Below are positions 19,763 through 30,898 of a stretch of DNA of 64,000 nt, piece after piece. The translations under genes and the position numbers were made by a program. Source of the DNA: Promethearchaeota archaeon (GTDB taxonomy: Archaea > Asgardarchaeota > Lokiarchaeia > Sigyniarchaeales > SOKP01). The notes beneath the pieces are model-generated. The model was not told where the DNA came from. It made no database searches and saw only the letters and a list, made by a program, of their open reading frames with translations. The DNA lies in assembly GCA_019058245.1 (NCBI GenBank), contig JAHPZJ010000006.1:96457-160456 (forward strand), read 5' to 3'. Within the stretch, counting starts at the first letter, position 1; the number at the start of each line of letters is the position of its first letter.

Positions 19763-20593
19763 TCAATTCACCCTCCTTATTGCATTCATAATACTTGAAA
19801 CAAAATCCTTCATTTCTAATTCCATCTTCTTATGATCATTAAGATTTTTTTTAACTATATTTACAATAGCAGAACCTATAATGATTCCATTGGCACCAGC
19901 ATCAATAATTGCATTAGCATGTTCTGGTTTAGAAATACCAAATCCAACAAATACGGGGAGAACTTTTTCAGTCTTAAGCTTGATCCGTTTGATAGTATCT
20001 TTAGTAATTTGCGCAACAGTATCCCTAATCCCTGTAACACCCATAATTGCAATTAAATAAATAAAACCTTTTCCTACTTTCAAGATTTTATCTAATCTCT
20101 CCTCTGTTGTGGAAGGAGCAACTAGAAAAATCAAGCAGATATTATATTTTTCACATGCCTTCAAAGTCAAATCTGCTTCTTCTATAGGTAAATCTCCAAT
20201 CACAATTCCATCTACACCGTTCTCTTTAAGATTTTTAAATGTTATATCAAGAGATGCTTCTATGGTGTCAGCACCTTGAATTAGAATGTTATAATAAGTT
20301 AATACAACTATTGGTTTCTCTGTTTCAGATCTTATAGTCTTTATAGCCTTTAAAGCTGTTTTTGTATTTACTCCTGCATTGAAAGCCCTAACATTTGCCT
20401 CTTGAATAGTAGGGCCGTCTGCAATTGGATCAGAAAAGGGAATTCCAATTTCAAGAATATCAGCATATGGTTCTATGATTTTGGCAAGCTTTATAAATTG
20501 ATCCATATTGGGATCTCCAGCCACTAAGAATGGCATAAATCTTCTTTCATTATTATTTTTGAACAATTCTAATATTCTATTTGAATCTGTCAT
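19763..20593 (-). CDS. trpA: Tryptophan synthase alpha
   Basis: [35 protein letters not shown]. Confidence 0.97.
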   Translation of the reverse strand: MTDSNRILELFKNNNERRFMPFLVAGDPNMDQFIKLAKIIEPYADILEIGIPFSDPIADGPTIQEANVRAFNAGVNTKTALKAIKTIRSETEKPIVVLTYYNILIQGADTIEASLDITFKNLKENGVDGIVIGDLPIEEADLTLKACEKYNICLIFLVAPSTTEERLDKILKVGKGFIYLIAIMGVTGIRDTVAQITKDTIKRIKLKTEKVLPVFVGFGISKPEHANAIIDAGANGIIIGSAIVNIVKKNLNDHKKMELEMKDFVSSIMNAIRRVN

Positions 20594-21807
20594 TTTATGC
20601 TGAACTCCATATGTTTTTTAATAATATCAAGATCTTTTGAACCAGATCCTGAAAGATTAATAATTACGATATCATCTTTTTTGAACATATCTTTATTTTT
20701 TTCTAAATAAGCTAAAGCATGAGAGCTTTCCAAAGCTGGGATTATTCCTTCAAGTTTAGATAGGTTTTTGAAAGCTTCTAATGTTTCATTATCGGTCGCT
20801 TCTCCAACAACTAATCGATTAAGTTGGTGTAAATAACAATGTTCAGGACCTACCCCTGGATAATCTAATCCCGCACTTATTGAGTGTGTTTCTATTATAT
20901 TTCCATACTCATTTTGTAAAAGGTATTGCATAGCACCATGCAAAACTCCTCTACGTCCTAATCCTAAGGCAATAGAATGTTTATTTGTGTCCCTACCTTC
21001 TCCAGCTGCTTCAACTCCAATTAATTGTACATTTGAATTATCAATAAAATCATAAAACGCCCCTATGGCATTACTCCCTCCACCTATACAAGCAATTATA
21101 GCATCAGGGGGTTTTCCTTCAAGTTCTAAAATCTGTACTTTCATTTCTTTCCCTATAATCCTTTGAAATTCTCGAACAATTAATGGATAGGGATGGGGAC
21201 CTACTACACTCCCCATTAAATAATGATATTCTTTCAAATTGGCAATCCAAAATCTAAGACCTTCATTAACAGCATCTTTTAAAGTTCTTGAACCAGACTT
21301 AACTGGAATCACTTCGGCACCTAGAATTTGCATTCTATAGACATTATAGGCTTGTCTTTCAATATCAATTTCACCCATAAATACTTTAGTTGGCATACCA
21401 AAATATGCACCAGCTATAGCAGTTGCAAATCCATGTTGTCCTGCTCCTGTTTCAGCTACTAATTTCTTTTTTCCCATTTTTTTAGCGAGAAGAGCTTGCC
21501 CCATAACATTATTTATTTTATGAGCACCTCCATGGTTAAGATCTTCTCTTTTTAAATAAACTTTGCAACCAATAAAATCGCTATATCTCTCAGCATAATA
21601 TAATGGTGTCGGTCTGCCACTATAAAATCTTAATATCCGTTCAAATTCCTCAATGAAATTTTCATCATGAATGTATCGGTTAAATGCTTCAGTAAGTTCA
21701 TTGAGGGCAGGCATTAATATTTCAGGTGCAAACATGCCACCAAATTCTCCGAATTTTCCTAATTCGTCTGGATATTTGTCAATATAATCCATTTTTTTCA
21801 TACTCAT
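20590..21807 (-). CDS. trpB: Tryptophan synthase beta (TrpB1 type)
   Basis: [46 protein letters not shown]. Confidence 0.97.
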   Translation of the reverse strand: MSMKKMDYIDKYPDELGKFGEFGGMFAPEILMPALNELTEAFNRYIHDENFIEEFERILRFYSGRPTPLYYAERYSDFIGCKVYLKREDLNHGGAHKINNVMGQALLAKKMGKKKLVAETGAGQHGFATAIAGAYFGMPTKVFMGEIDIERQAYNVYRMQILGAEVIPVKSGSRTLKDAVNEGLRFWIANLKEYHYLMGSVVGPHPYPLIVREFQRIIGKEMKVQILELEGKPPDAIIACIGGGSNAIGAFYDFIDNSNVQLIGVEAAGEGRDTNKHSIALGLGRRGVLHGAMQYLLQNEYGNIIETHSISAGLDYPGVGPEHCYLHQLNRLVVGEATDNETLEAFKNLSKLEGIIPALESSHALAYLEKNKDMFKKDDIVIINLSGSGSKDLDIIKKHMEFSIK

Positions 21808-22451
21808 ATATTTTTCTTAATTTCTTTTATTTTATCTAAAAATTTTTTAATTTTTAAAGGACTTTTAACACCTTTTTTTGATTCCAAAGAACTACTTACA
21901 TCAATTCCATATGGTTTTATCTTTTTGATTATATCTTCTATATTATCGATACTAATTCCTCCTGCCAGAATGATTTTGGTTTCAGAAATATTTTCCATTA
22001 ATTCCTTAATTATACTAATCTCTAACTTATTTCCATGCCCTTCGCTGTTATCAATTAGAATTGCAAAGAAGCTACCTTGTGACTCATTGATTTTAGTGAT
22101 AATCTCTTGTAGATTTGAATGATTTAACTTTAGTGCTAATATTATTTTCTCCTTTAATTCTTTTGAAATACTTCCTAATTCCTCTATACTCATATTACTA
22201 TGAATTTGATAATAGTTTACCTTAATATTGTTTACAATTTTCTTTAATTCATCAACGGTTCGGGGTTTACTAACCACAACTGTTAGGATATCATTAGATA
22301 TATTATCAAGAAGATTATTTATTTCTGTTTTCTTCAAGTTCCTTGGAGAAGAGGGGACATTATAAATAAAACCAACCGCATTAGCCCCATTTTCTGCACA
22401 AAGAGAAATTTCTTCTGGTTTTTTTAATCCACAGATCTTTATATACTCCAT
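21804..22451 (-). CDS. trpF: Phosphoribosylanthranilate isomerase
   Basis: [27 protein letters not shown]. Confidence 0.94.
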   Translation of the reverse strand: MEYIKICGLKKPEEISLCAENGANAVGFIYNVPSSPRNLKKTEINNLLDNISNDILTVVVSKPRTVDELKKIVNNIKVNYYQIHSNMSIEELGSISKELKEKIILALKLNHSNLQEIITKINESQGSFFAILIDNSEGHGNKLEISIIKELMENISETKIILAGGISIDNIEDIIKKIKPYGIDVSSSLESKKGVKSPLKIKKFLDKIKEIKKNI

Positions 22452-23245
22452 TAAGAACTTCCTCTTAACTCTTGAATTTTTTCTTTAATATTTTCGGATT
22501 GCATTATAGAAGAACCAACTAAGAAAGCATCTACCTTATATGGAACAAGAAAGTTGATATCATCTTTAGTAGAAATTCCACTTTCGCTAATCACACAAGT
22601 TTTATTCCCAACAATTTCTTTGATTTTTGGTATTAACTCCTTCGAAGTATTAAGATCTATTAGCATATTATTTAAATTACGATTATTTACACCAATCAAC
22701 TTGGGAATATGCCCAATTTCGAGTAAAGATTCAATATCTTTTAATTCTGATTTATCATGAATTTCTATTAATGGTTCTAGATCATATTGAATTGCCAATT
22801 CATATAAATTATTCAAGTTACCAAGTTGATTAATTAACAAGATATTAGTGGCTCCAATTTTTTTTGCTAATCGAAGCTGTAATTCATCGAAAACAAAATC
22901 CTTCATTAAACAAGGAATTTTAGTAGCATTTACAGCTTCCATTAGATTTTCAAATGAACCATTAAAATATTTTGGTTCTGTAAGTATGCTAAGTCCAATT
23001 ACTCCTGCGTTTTCCATTTCTTCTGCAACTTTAGAAACATTTATGTTAGATCTTATACTTCCCAGAGAAGGAGAGGAAGGTTTTATTTCCGAGATTATCG
23101 AAATTTTTCCTTGTTTACCAATATTCTCACTTAAAGGGATCCTTGAAGAAGCTTGAAAAGTCTTTGCTAAACTTTCAAACAAATCTATTTGTTTTACCAG
23201 TGATTTTTTTCTGCTTGCTAATATTTGATGTAGAATATTGGTCAT
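22451..23245 (-). CDS. trpC: Indole-3-glycerol phosphate synthase
   Basis: ISEIKPSSPS, SILTE..YF.GS, LMKDF, GVNNRNL, ISESGI. Confidence 0.95.
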   Translation of the reverse strand: MTNILHQILASRKKSLVKQIDLFESLAKTFQASSRIPLSENIGKQGKISIISEIKPSSPSLGSIRSNINVSKVAEEMENAGVIGLSILTEPKYFNGSFENLMEAVNATKIPCLMKDFVFDELQLRLAKKIGATNILLINQLGNLNNLYELAIQYDLEPLIEIHDKSELKDIESLLEIGHIPKLIGVNNRNLNNMLIDLNTSKELIPKIKEIVGNKTCVISESGISTKDDINFLVPYKVDAFLVGSSIMQSENIKEKIQELRGSS

Positions 23246-23252
23246 TATTTCT

Positions 23253-24308
23253 TCATAATATATTATTTAATTTTTGTTTATCTCCACCAGAAACCTCAAT
23301 AAAATTCTCGAGTTTTTGAAAAGCTTTGCCTTCTTCTATAGAATTTTTTGCCATAGAAATCCCCTCGTCAATGTCTTTTACAATATTAGCGCTAGTAAGA
23401 GCTAAGGCAGCATTCATCAAGACAGTATTATACTTAGCTCCTTTTAATTGATTTTTGAGGATACCTAACGCAATTTTCAGATTCTCATCAAGATTTCCAG
23501 CTAATATTTCTTCCACGGTACAATCTGGAAGGTTGAAATCTTTATTCGTTAAAGCATAAGATTCAATATTCCCATTTTTAACCTCAGTTATATAATTAAT
23601 TCCTATAGGTGCTAACTCATCAATTCCATATGAATTATGTACTGTGAATACATGTTTTCCTCCAAGATTTCCAAGGACTTTTGCCATAACTGGTGCTAAA
23701 TCTTTTTGGAAAACGCCTAGAGTGTGATAAGGAGCATTTGCAGGATTTGTTAAAGGTCCTAATATGTTAAAAACAGTTCTAATTTTTAGTTCCCTCCTTG
23801 TTGGCATTGCATGTTTCATTGCAGGATGAAATAAAGGTGCAAACATAAAACCAATACCTACTTGTTCTATACATTTTTTAACCTCTTCTGGGGATAAATC
23901 AATTTTTACACCTAACCCTTCTAATAAATCTGCACTCCCACATTTACTCGTAACTGCTCTATTTCCGTGTTTTGCAACAGGAACGCCAGCACCCGCTACA
24001 ACTAATGCTGAGATCGTACTTATATTAAAGGTTTTTACTTTATCTCCTCCAGTACCACATGTATCCAATAATTCTCTATTTATTTGCGGTTCAATTCGAT
24101 TTGCGAATTCACGCATAATTCGCGCAAAACCTGTGATCTCTTCTATAGATTCACCTTTCATATTTAAAGCTGTTAAAAATGCTCCCAATTGGGAAGCAGA
24201 AACATTTCCACTCATTATTTCTCTCATAATATTTTCTGCTTCGCTTGTTGATAAATCAACTTTTCTGATAATTTTATGTAATCCGTTAATTATTTTTTCT
24301 TCAAACAT
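23253..24308 (-). CDS. trpD: Anthranilate phosphoribosyltransferase
   Basis: DTCGTGGD, FNIST, VAKHGNR..TS..GSAD, RTVFNILGPLTNPA. Confidence 0.97.
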   Translation of the reverse strand: MFEEKIINGLHKIIRKVDLSTSEAENIMREIMSGNVSASQLGAFLTALNMKGESIEEITGFARIMREFANRIEPQINRELLDTCGTGGDKVKTFNISTISALVVAGAGVPVAKHGNRAVTSKCGSADLLEGLGVKIDLSPEEVKKCIEQVGIGFMFAPLFHPAMKHAMPTRRELKIRTVFNILGPLTNPANAPYHTLGVFQKDLAPVMAKVLGNLGGKHVFTVHNSYGIDELAPIGINYITEVKNGNIESYALTNKDFNLPDCTVEEILAGNLDENLKIALGILKNQLKGAKYNTVLMNAALALTSANIVKDIDEGISMAKNSIEEGKAFQKLENFIEVSGGDKQKLNNIL

Positions 24309-24486
24309 TTTTCTGCTTGTTTTTAATTTTTTATTTAGTTTTATCTACACATTATTAATGTGTGACTTTACTATATTGGAATTCAATTTAATAAAGCACA
24401 TATAGAAAATAAGTAAGATGTTTTCAGAAAGGAGGATTAAAGAATAGTATAATGTGAACAATAAAATATAATTTAACCTATGTGAA

Positions 24487-24504
24487 GCGCGTTCTTATGC
24501 GCGC
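24487..24504 (-). promoter_or_regulatory. Leader hairpin over the stop codon
   Basis: GCGCG [CATAAGAA] CGCGC: an all-GC stem in very AT-rich DNA. Confidence 0.65.
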
Positions 24505-24548
24505 CAAGACCAATGCCAACGAAAAGGAATTATTTTTTCATTAGCCAT
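24495..24548 (-). CDS. trpL: trp operon leader peptide (17 aa) MANEKIIPFRWHWSWRA
   Basis: ATG GCT AAT GAA AAA ATA ATT CCT TTT CGT TGG CAT TGG TCT TGG CGC GCA TAA, ending 186 nt upstream of trpD on the same strand; three Trp codons in five. Confidence 0.85.
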   Translation of the reverse strand: MANEKIIPFRWHWSWRA

Positions 24549-24596
24549 TTTTTTAAACCATATTTCATATATCTTGAAAGAATTAAGGATTCTCAC

Positions 24597-24611
24597 TATT
24601 TATATTTTTTT
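24597..24611 (-). promoter_or_regulatory. BRE/TATA-like promoter of the trp leader
   Basis: AAAAAAATATAAATA about 49 nt upstream of the leader ATG; identical to 15840..15854. Confidence 0.6.
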
Positions 24612-24770
24612 ATATCTTAGAATTTTAGTAGACTCTTAAAGATAATAAAAACCCTCTCTGTTCTCTACATATTAATTATTAAAAAATTAACAAATAGAGT
24701 TAATATTAAATTACTGTTATAATTGATTATATTGAAATTGAATTTTTCTTATATCTCAAATGAGTAGATT

Positions 24771-27629
24771 ATGGAGGAAATTGACCCTAAGAAGTTAACT
24801 CCTATGTTAAAACATTGGTATTCAATTCGTAAAAGATTTCCTTCAGATTATCTCATTGCATATCGCATGGGCGATTTTTATGAATTTTTTTATGATAATG
24901 CTGAAAGAATTTCAAAGCTTTTAGGAATAACTCTAACAAAAAGAGGAGATATTCCCTTAGCAGGGATTCCTCATCATTCTGGTCATAATTATTTTAATAA
25001 TTTAATGAACCTCGGTGAAACATTAGTCATAGTTGAACAATTAGAAGATCCTGCTACAGTAAAGGGAAGAATTGTAAAGCGTGGAGTTACTCGAGTGCTC
25101 TCACCAGGAACAATTATAGAACCAAACCTGCTAAAATCAAATCAAAATAATTATATTGCCTCCATGATTAAAGAAAAAAATGGATTTGGTGTTGCTTTTA
25201 TGGATATATCTACTGGAGAGTTTGTAGCTACTGAAATATCAAATAAGAATCAAGATTCACAAGAACAATTATTGAGTTTACTTTCTCAGTATGACCCTGT
25301 AGAATTAATTATACCTCTTGATCTAAAAAATGATGAGCGACTCTTTATTTTATTGACAGATTTAACTAAAGCGATCATTAAATCATATGATGAGCATGTT
25401 TTTTTATACGAGGAGGCCTATACATTAATTTCCCGTCATTTTAAAGTTACGAATTTAGAAAGTTTTGCCTTAGAAGATAAACCCATAGCCATTCAAGCCG
25501 CGGGAGGCCTATTAGCATTTTTAAAAGATACCCAACGAGATGTGATTCCAAATATCTTTAAAGTCAATGTTATTAAAGAAGAAAACGTACTCCACTTAGA
25601 CTATATTACACAGAGGAATTTAGAGTTAATTAATTCACTTTGGGAAAGAGGTAAGGATACCACGCTATATTCTATTTTTAACCACACTTGTACTCCAATG
25701 GGTGCTCGTTTAATAAAGAAATTCATCCTCCAACCTCTTACAGATATTAAAGAAATTAATCAACGATTAAAAATCGTCCAAAAGTTTAAAGACGATATTT
25801 TTCTAAGATCTGATCTAAGGGAGGAATTAGGTGTTATTGGTGATTTAGAAAGATTTATTAATAGAATTACTTATGCGGGTCGTACTAATGCTCGAGATCT
25901 AATAAATATTAGAAATTCTTTAGAGAAAATTCCAATAATCAAGCAATTATTAGAGAAGGCTGATATCCCGGAAATTTCAAATTTTCTTGAAAAGATTAAT
26001 ACTTTCAATGAAATCAAAGAATTAATAAATATTTCAATTAAGGATAATCCCCCTACTACTATAAAAGAGGGCAATATCATTAAAAATGGTTTCAATAATG
26101 AATTAGATGAGCTCAGAGATATAGTACAGAATGGAAAGAAATATATTCTGGACTATGAAGGAGAACAGAAGAAAAAGTGGAATTTAACGACAGGTTTAAA
26201 AGTTGGATATAATAATATACTAGGTTATTATATCGAAATAACATTAAAAACTCTAAATATTATAAAAACCGTTCCTGAAGAGTATAATGAAAGAGCAACC
26301 CTTAAGAATGCAAAAAGATATACTACAAAACGATTAAAAGAACTTGAAGAGAAAATTTTGAGTGCAGAAGAAAAAATCAACGATTTAGAATATGAGATAT
26401 TTAATACTATTCGTGAAAAAGTTGAAATAGAAACAAAAAATATTCTTGAGACTGCCAAAAGTATTGCTGCTATTGATGTACTTACTTGTTTTGCTGAAAT
26501 TGCAGAAATATATAACTATTCAAGACCAATTATCAATCATGAAAATAAAATAATTATAAAAGATGGTAGACATCCCGTTATTGAACAAATAAACTTAGAT
26601 GAGCAATTTATCCCTAATGATTGTTATTTAGATAATGATAATGACCAACTATTAATTATTACTGGCCCAAATATGGCTGGCAAAAGTACATTTTTAAGAC
26701 AAGTAGCTTTAATCTGTATAATTGCACAAATGGGATGTTTTGTTCCAGCAAAATCTGCTACAATCGGAATAATTGACCAAATTTTTACCCGAATAGGAGC
26801 CTCTGATGATCTTGCCAGAAAATTAAGTACTTTTATGATTGAAATGACTGAAACTGCTAAAATTCTAAATTATGCTACACCAAAAAGTATAGTCATCATA
26901 GATGAATTAGGGAGGGGAACAAGTACTAGTGATGGGCAAAGTATAGCAATGGCAACTCTTGAGAAATTACATGAGCTAAAAGTAAAGACTCTATTCAGTA
27001 CCCATTATCATCAATTAACAGAACTTAATTTACCAGGAGTAAAAAATTATCATTTAGACATTATCGAAAATGATGATGGGAGTATCAATTTTGTAAGGAC
27101 ATTAAAGCAAGGAAGTACAGATAAATCTTATGGTATTCATGTTGCAAAACTAGCAGGAATTCCTGATGATGTGATAATAAGAGCTTTTGAAATTCTTGAA
27201 CAAATTGAAGAAAAAGATCCTTTTAGGACAGCAATTAGACAAAATGGAGAATTGGCTTCATCAAGTAAATACTATGATAAAATTATTGATGAAAAAAAAG
27301 TTGAGTTAGAAAATCTTAATCAAGAACTTAAAGCAATAAGGGCTTCATTAAACGAATGTATTGAAGATCTAAACCAAAATCAAAAAGAATTATCAAAAAA
27401 ACAGAATGAAATCAAAGAGATTGAACTGAAAAAAGCAAAAATTTCTGAAAGTAAAACTCCAAAAAAGAAAAAATATGTACAGACAAGTTTATTCGAACCA
27501 TTAAAGAATACAGAACAAGTAAACGATCTAGTTCATTTTATTAAGGAAATTATTATAAATTCTGAAAATCCAAGTAAAATAAAAGAACAATTAGATGAAT
27601 TAATAAAAAAATTAAAAAAACTCAGCTAA
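24771..27629 (+). CDS. mutS: DNA mismatch repair protein MutS (MutS1)
   Basis: YRMGDFYEFF, Walker A GPNMAGKST, STFMIEM, DELGRGTST, STHYH, SYGIHVAKLAG. Confidence 0.97.
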   Translation: MEEIDPKKLTPMLKHWYSIRKRFPSDYLIAYRMGDFYEFFYDNAERISKLLGITLTKRGDIPLAGIPHHSGHNYFNNLMNLGETLVIVEQLEDPATVKGRIVKRGVTRVLSPGTIIEPNLLKSNQNNYIASMIKEKNGFGVAFMDISTGEFVATEISNKNQDSQEQLLSLLSQYDPVELIIPLDLKNDERLFILLTDLTKAIIKSYDEHVFLYEEAYTLISRHFKVTNLESFALEDKPIAIQAAGGLLAFLKDTQRDVIPNIFKVNVIKEENVLHLDYITQRNLELINSLWERGKDTTLYSIFNHTCTPMGARLIKKFILQPLTDIKEINQRLKIVQKFKDDIFLRSDLREELGVIGDLERFINRITYAGRTNARDLINIRNSLEKIPIIKQLLEKADIPEISNFLEKINTFNEIKELINISIKDNPPTTIKEGNIIKNGFNNELDELRDIVQNGKKYILDYEGEQKKKWNLTTGLKVGYNNILGYYIEITLKTLNIIKTVPEEYNERATLKNAKRYTTKRLKELEEKILSAEEKINDLEYEIFNTIREKVEIETKNILETAKSIAAIDVLTCFAEIAEIYNYSRPIINHENKIIIKDGRHPVIEQINLDEQFIPNDCYLDNDNDQLLIITGPNMAGKSTFLRQVALICIIAQMGCFVPAKSATIGIIDQIFTRIGASDDLARKLSTFMIEMTETAKILNYATPKSIVIIDELGRGTSTSDGQSIAMATLEKLHELKVKTLFSTHYHQLTELNLPGVKNYHLDIIENDDGSINFVRTLKQGSTDKSYGIHVAKLAGIPDDVIIRAFEILEQIEEKDPFRTAIRQNGELASSSKYYDKIIDEKKVELENLNQELKAIRASLNECIEDLNQNQKELSKKQNEIKEIELKKAKISESKTPKKKKYVQTSLFEPLKNTEQVNDLVHFIKEIIINSENPSKIKEQLDELIKKLKKLS

Positions 27630-28561
27630 GGAATTACAACGGGAATTATAAAAACTATTATAGTTAAATAAATTTCATAAATACTTATCGCTGACCACAA
27701 TAATATCCGAATATAATTTTTTCTTTTCTCAATTTTTATATTTTCTATAATTATTATGGCTAATAATCCTATAAACATTAAATGAGAAGGTTGAACTGCT
27801 TTCCACATAAATGAATCAAAAAAGAAAATACCATTTATTTCTTCATCTCTATGTCCCCAATTCTCAATCATTTGAAAGAAATAATCTGGAAAAATTAGAT
27901 ATGGAATACAGAGAATTATAAGAGGGATTAAAAAATAGAAAATCTCCTTCCACTTTATTTTTTTTATTATTAATATAACTGGAAGAAATAAAACGGCCGT
28001 TATTTTAAATGTTGCAAGTGCAAAAAAAATTCCTGATAACCATTTTTTATCCTCTTCTAGAAAACGATAAGAATTGAATAAGAGAAAGACAATAATAAAG
28101 TTAACATTATTATAATAAGCATCTATAGTATAAGCGATAGTAGCAAAGATATAAAAAATTAGTAAATCTTTTTTATTTTTAAAAAATTTAGGGGCTTCCT
28201 TTATAACATAGATACATAAAATTAAACGTAGTATATCCCAAATATAAATCATTATTATTAGATTACTTGGATTTAAATAAATTGGAAGGTAAATTGGAGA
28301 GAAGAGAAAATACCAGAAATAAAGATAATAAGGTGGCCAATCAGATATAGAAACATCATTATAAAAATTAATCAAACCATTATCCATACCTTCTATAAAT
28401 ATCTTAAAATCAATATCTTTTGTTTCACTAACCCATTCTGATATATCGAGAAAAAAGATTCTTATTATTATTTGAATTATCGTAATAATTATAAAAAAGC
28501 TGATAAAATATAAAGGAATTGAAGATTTTTCTTTAAATATCTCTGTAGTTTGATTACTCAT
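27626..28561 (-). CDS. GT-C membrane glycosyltransferase (GT87/DUF2029-like)
   Basis: Polytopic membrane protein with DIDF, PPYY, N.N, SGIFFALATFKIT. Confidence 0.65.
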   Translation of the reverse strand: MSNQTTEIFKEKSSIPLYFISFFIIITIIQIIIRIFFLDISEWVSETKDIDFKIFIEGMDNGLINFYNDVSISDWPPYYLYFWYFLFSPIYLPIYLNPSNLIIMIYIWDILRLILCIYVIKEAPKFFKNKKDLLIFYIFATIAYTIDAYYNNVNFIIVFLLFNSYRFLEEDKKWLSGIFFALATFKITAVLFLPVILIIKKIKWKEIFYFLIPLIILCIPYLIFPDYFFQMIENWGHRDEEINGIFFFDSFMWKAVQPSHLMFIGLLAIIIIENIKIEKRKNYIRILLWSAISIYEIYLTIIVFIIPVVIP

Positions 28562-28731
28562 AATAGAATTTTAGTATATTTATTATAGAGTATTAAACGA
28601 GATATAAAAGACTTACTTCCCACCATAATTTATTTAAACTTTAATAGTGTATTATTTTAAATTTGATTGTCATGAGAAATTTATTAGCTAATAAAATTAT
28701 CTTAACATTGGAAAAAATTTTTAGATGAATA

Positions 28732-30585
28732 GTGAAAGTAAGAAAAATTAAAAAAATTCTTGAAGCGGATAAAATAGCTGCTGGAGAAGTAGTTGACAGA
28801 CCGGCCAATGTTGTAAAAGAACTTGTTGAAAATAGCATCGATGCAAATGCTTCGGAAATAAGAATTATTGTTAGGAACGCTGGAAAGTCTTTAATTCATG
28901 TAATTGATGATGGAATTGGTATCCCCTCTGAGGATATAAAAATTGCTTTTGAAAGACATACTAGTAGTAAAATCAGAAGTATTCAAGATTTAGAAAATCT
29001 TTCTACATTAGGATTTAGAGGAGAAGCCCTCGCTAGTATAGCCGCAGTAAGTAAAGTTGAAATTATATCTCGAGTTGAAGACGAAGAGAAAGGAGTGCAA
29101 CTAATTATCGAGGGGGGAAAAATTGTAGATAAAAAGAGAATTTCCTGCCCTGTTGGAACTAACATTCAAGTTAAAAATTTATTTTATAATTTACCAGCAA
29201 GGCAAAAGTTTCTTAAAACTGATGCTACAGAATTAGGGCACATTACGGATATAGTGCAAAGATATTCCTTAGCATATCCCAATCTTCATTTTATATATCA
29301 TCATAATGAGCTAGATATCCTCAATTGTCCAGCTTCGAATGATTTGAAAACAATCGTGTTCCATGTCTATGGAAAACAAATTGCTAAATTTTCTGAACAA
29401 ATTGATTTTGAAGAAAAAAATCCTTATTTTAAAGTAAATGGATTATTGGGGCACCCAGAAATATCTAAGAAAACCCGAACTTATTCAAGTCTATTCATTA
29501 ATCATCGCTATGTGATAAGTGATTTGTTATCAAGAGCAATCCAAGAATCCTATAAGGGAACACTCATGGTGGGTAAATATCCATTTTATATACTCAATAT
29601 TAATTTGGATCCTTCCGTAATTGATTTCAATGTTCATCCAAAAAAACTTCATGTTAGATTCGAAAGAGAAGAATATGTCTATAATAAAGTATATAATATA
29701 ATTAGAAATTTTGTTGAAGATAAATTTATAGTAAAGGAAGCAAAATATATCTCAACAGAATTACATGATTTCGTACCAAAGGAAGAAAAATTATTAGAAG
29801 CAAAAAAAGAAATATCAGAGGTTAAATTTAAGCAGGAAAAAATAAATCAGGAAAAAGTCTTAAAAACTGAAGAAAAAATACAATTAAGCTTAGAGGATCA
29901 GATAGTTTCAGATAAACCAATCGAAAAACTTCCACTTGAAACTCTACTAAGGGAAAAATACATAATTTCCGAGAATTTTCCCAAATTACGATTAATTTCT
30001 CACACAGGTCAATTAAGCAATAAAACTTATGTAGTTTTAGAAGGAATTAATGAAAATAATGAAGAAGGACTATTTATCTTAGATCAACACGCTGCCTCTG
30101 AGAGGATAATGAAAGAAAAATTCATAGATGCTTTTAAAACCTCAAAAATGAATAGACAAAAATTAATTTCTCCTTTAAAAATTGAGGTATCTCCAAGTGA
30201 AAAAATATTTTTAGAGTCTAATTTATTGGAAATTAGGAAACTAGGATTTGATTTCCAGCGATTCGGAGGGACTACCTTTATTTTAAGAGAAATTCCAACC
30301 GTTATGGGAAAAGTCCCCAAATTAAATATTATAAAAGAAATTATTAGTGATATAACTGAAATTGGTAAAGATAAGAGTTTTTCAGAAGTAACAGAAGAGA
30401 TTATTAACTATTTATCCTGTCATAAAAGCATTAGAGGTGGTGATAATTTATCTCTAAAAGACATAAGAAATTTATTAATTGACTTAGGAAAATGTAAAGA
30501 TTCATATCATTGTGCTCATGGAAGACCCACGATAAGATTCTTCTCTTATAAAGAATTAGATAAATTATTTAAAAGAATAGTATAA
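28732..30585 (+). CDS. mutL: DNA mismatch repair endonuclease MutL
   Basis: IAAGEVV.RP..VVKELVENSIDA, GFRGEALASI, DFNVHP.K, DQHAASERIMKE, CAHGRP. Confidence 0.97.
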   Translation: MKVRKIKKILEADKIAAGEVVDRPANVVKELVENSIDANASEIRIIVRNAGKSLIHVIDDGIGIPSEDIKIAFERHTSSKIRSIQDLENLSTLGFRGEALASIAAVSKVEIISRVEDEEKGVQLIIEGGKIVDKKRISCPVGTNIQVKNLFYNLPARQKFLKTDATELGHITDIVQRYSLAYPNLHFIYHHNELDILNCPASNDLKTIVFHVYGKQIAKFSEQIDFEEKNPYFKVNGLLGHPEISKKTRTYSSLFINHRYVISDLLSRAIQESYKGTLMVGKYPFYILNINLDPSVIDFNVHPKKLHVRFEREEYVYNKVYNIIRNFVEDKFIVKEAKYISTELHDFVPKEEKLLEAKKEISEVKFKQEKINQEKVLKTEEKIQLSLEDQIVSDKPIEKLPLETLLREKYIISENFPKLRLISHTGQLSNKTYVVLEGINENNEEGLFILDQHAASERIMKEKFIDAFKTSKMNRQKLISPLKIEVSPSEKIFLESNLLEIRKLGFDFQRFGGTTFILREIPTVMGKVPKLNIIKEIISDITEIGKDKSFSEVTEEIINYLSCHKSIRGGDNLSLKDIRNLLIDLGKCKDSYHCAHGRPTIRFFSYKELDKLFKRIV

Positions 30586-30606
30586 TGAAAATTAAATAAT
30601 TTCTTT

Positions 30607-30873
30607 TTAGGCTTTTGAAAAAGCAATACCTTCAATTCCTTGGATACCATTGACTTTGTGAAAAAATTCTTCAACTCTGTCTGTTCCTCCCCATTCCTCT
30701 GGATATCTTACTCTAACTCTTGCTTTTTTCAAACCAAAAGCCACAGGCATTACTTCATAAGTTTCTATAACACAAGTATCAGGTAGAACATTTTTTAATT
30801 TATCAACAAATTCCTCGAAGTTCACTTCCGTGTCTTCTGGAATTACATCAATTAGGGCAACAAATTCTCCCAT
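30607..30873 (-). CDS. ef1b: Archaeal elongation factor 1-beta
   Basis: MGEFVALIDVIPED, PVAFGLKK, GGTD.VEE; adjacent to a DUF1610 gene as is usual in archaea. Confidence 0.92.
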   Translation of the reverse strand: MGEFVALIDVIPEDTEVNFEEFVDKLKNVLPDTCVIETYEVMPVAFGLKKARVRVRYPEEWGGTDRVEEFFHKVNGIQGIEGIAFSKA

Positions 30874-30898
30874 ATTAATCTCTCTATTTATTTTTATT

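Noticed and set aside
24345-24363. ACACATT-AAT-AATGTGT hairpin before trpD as a classical attenuator terminator
   Set aside because: AU-rich and followed by A-rich rather than U-rich sequence on the coding strand, with no counterpart seen in leader 2. It could still be a protein-binding palindrome.
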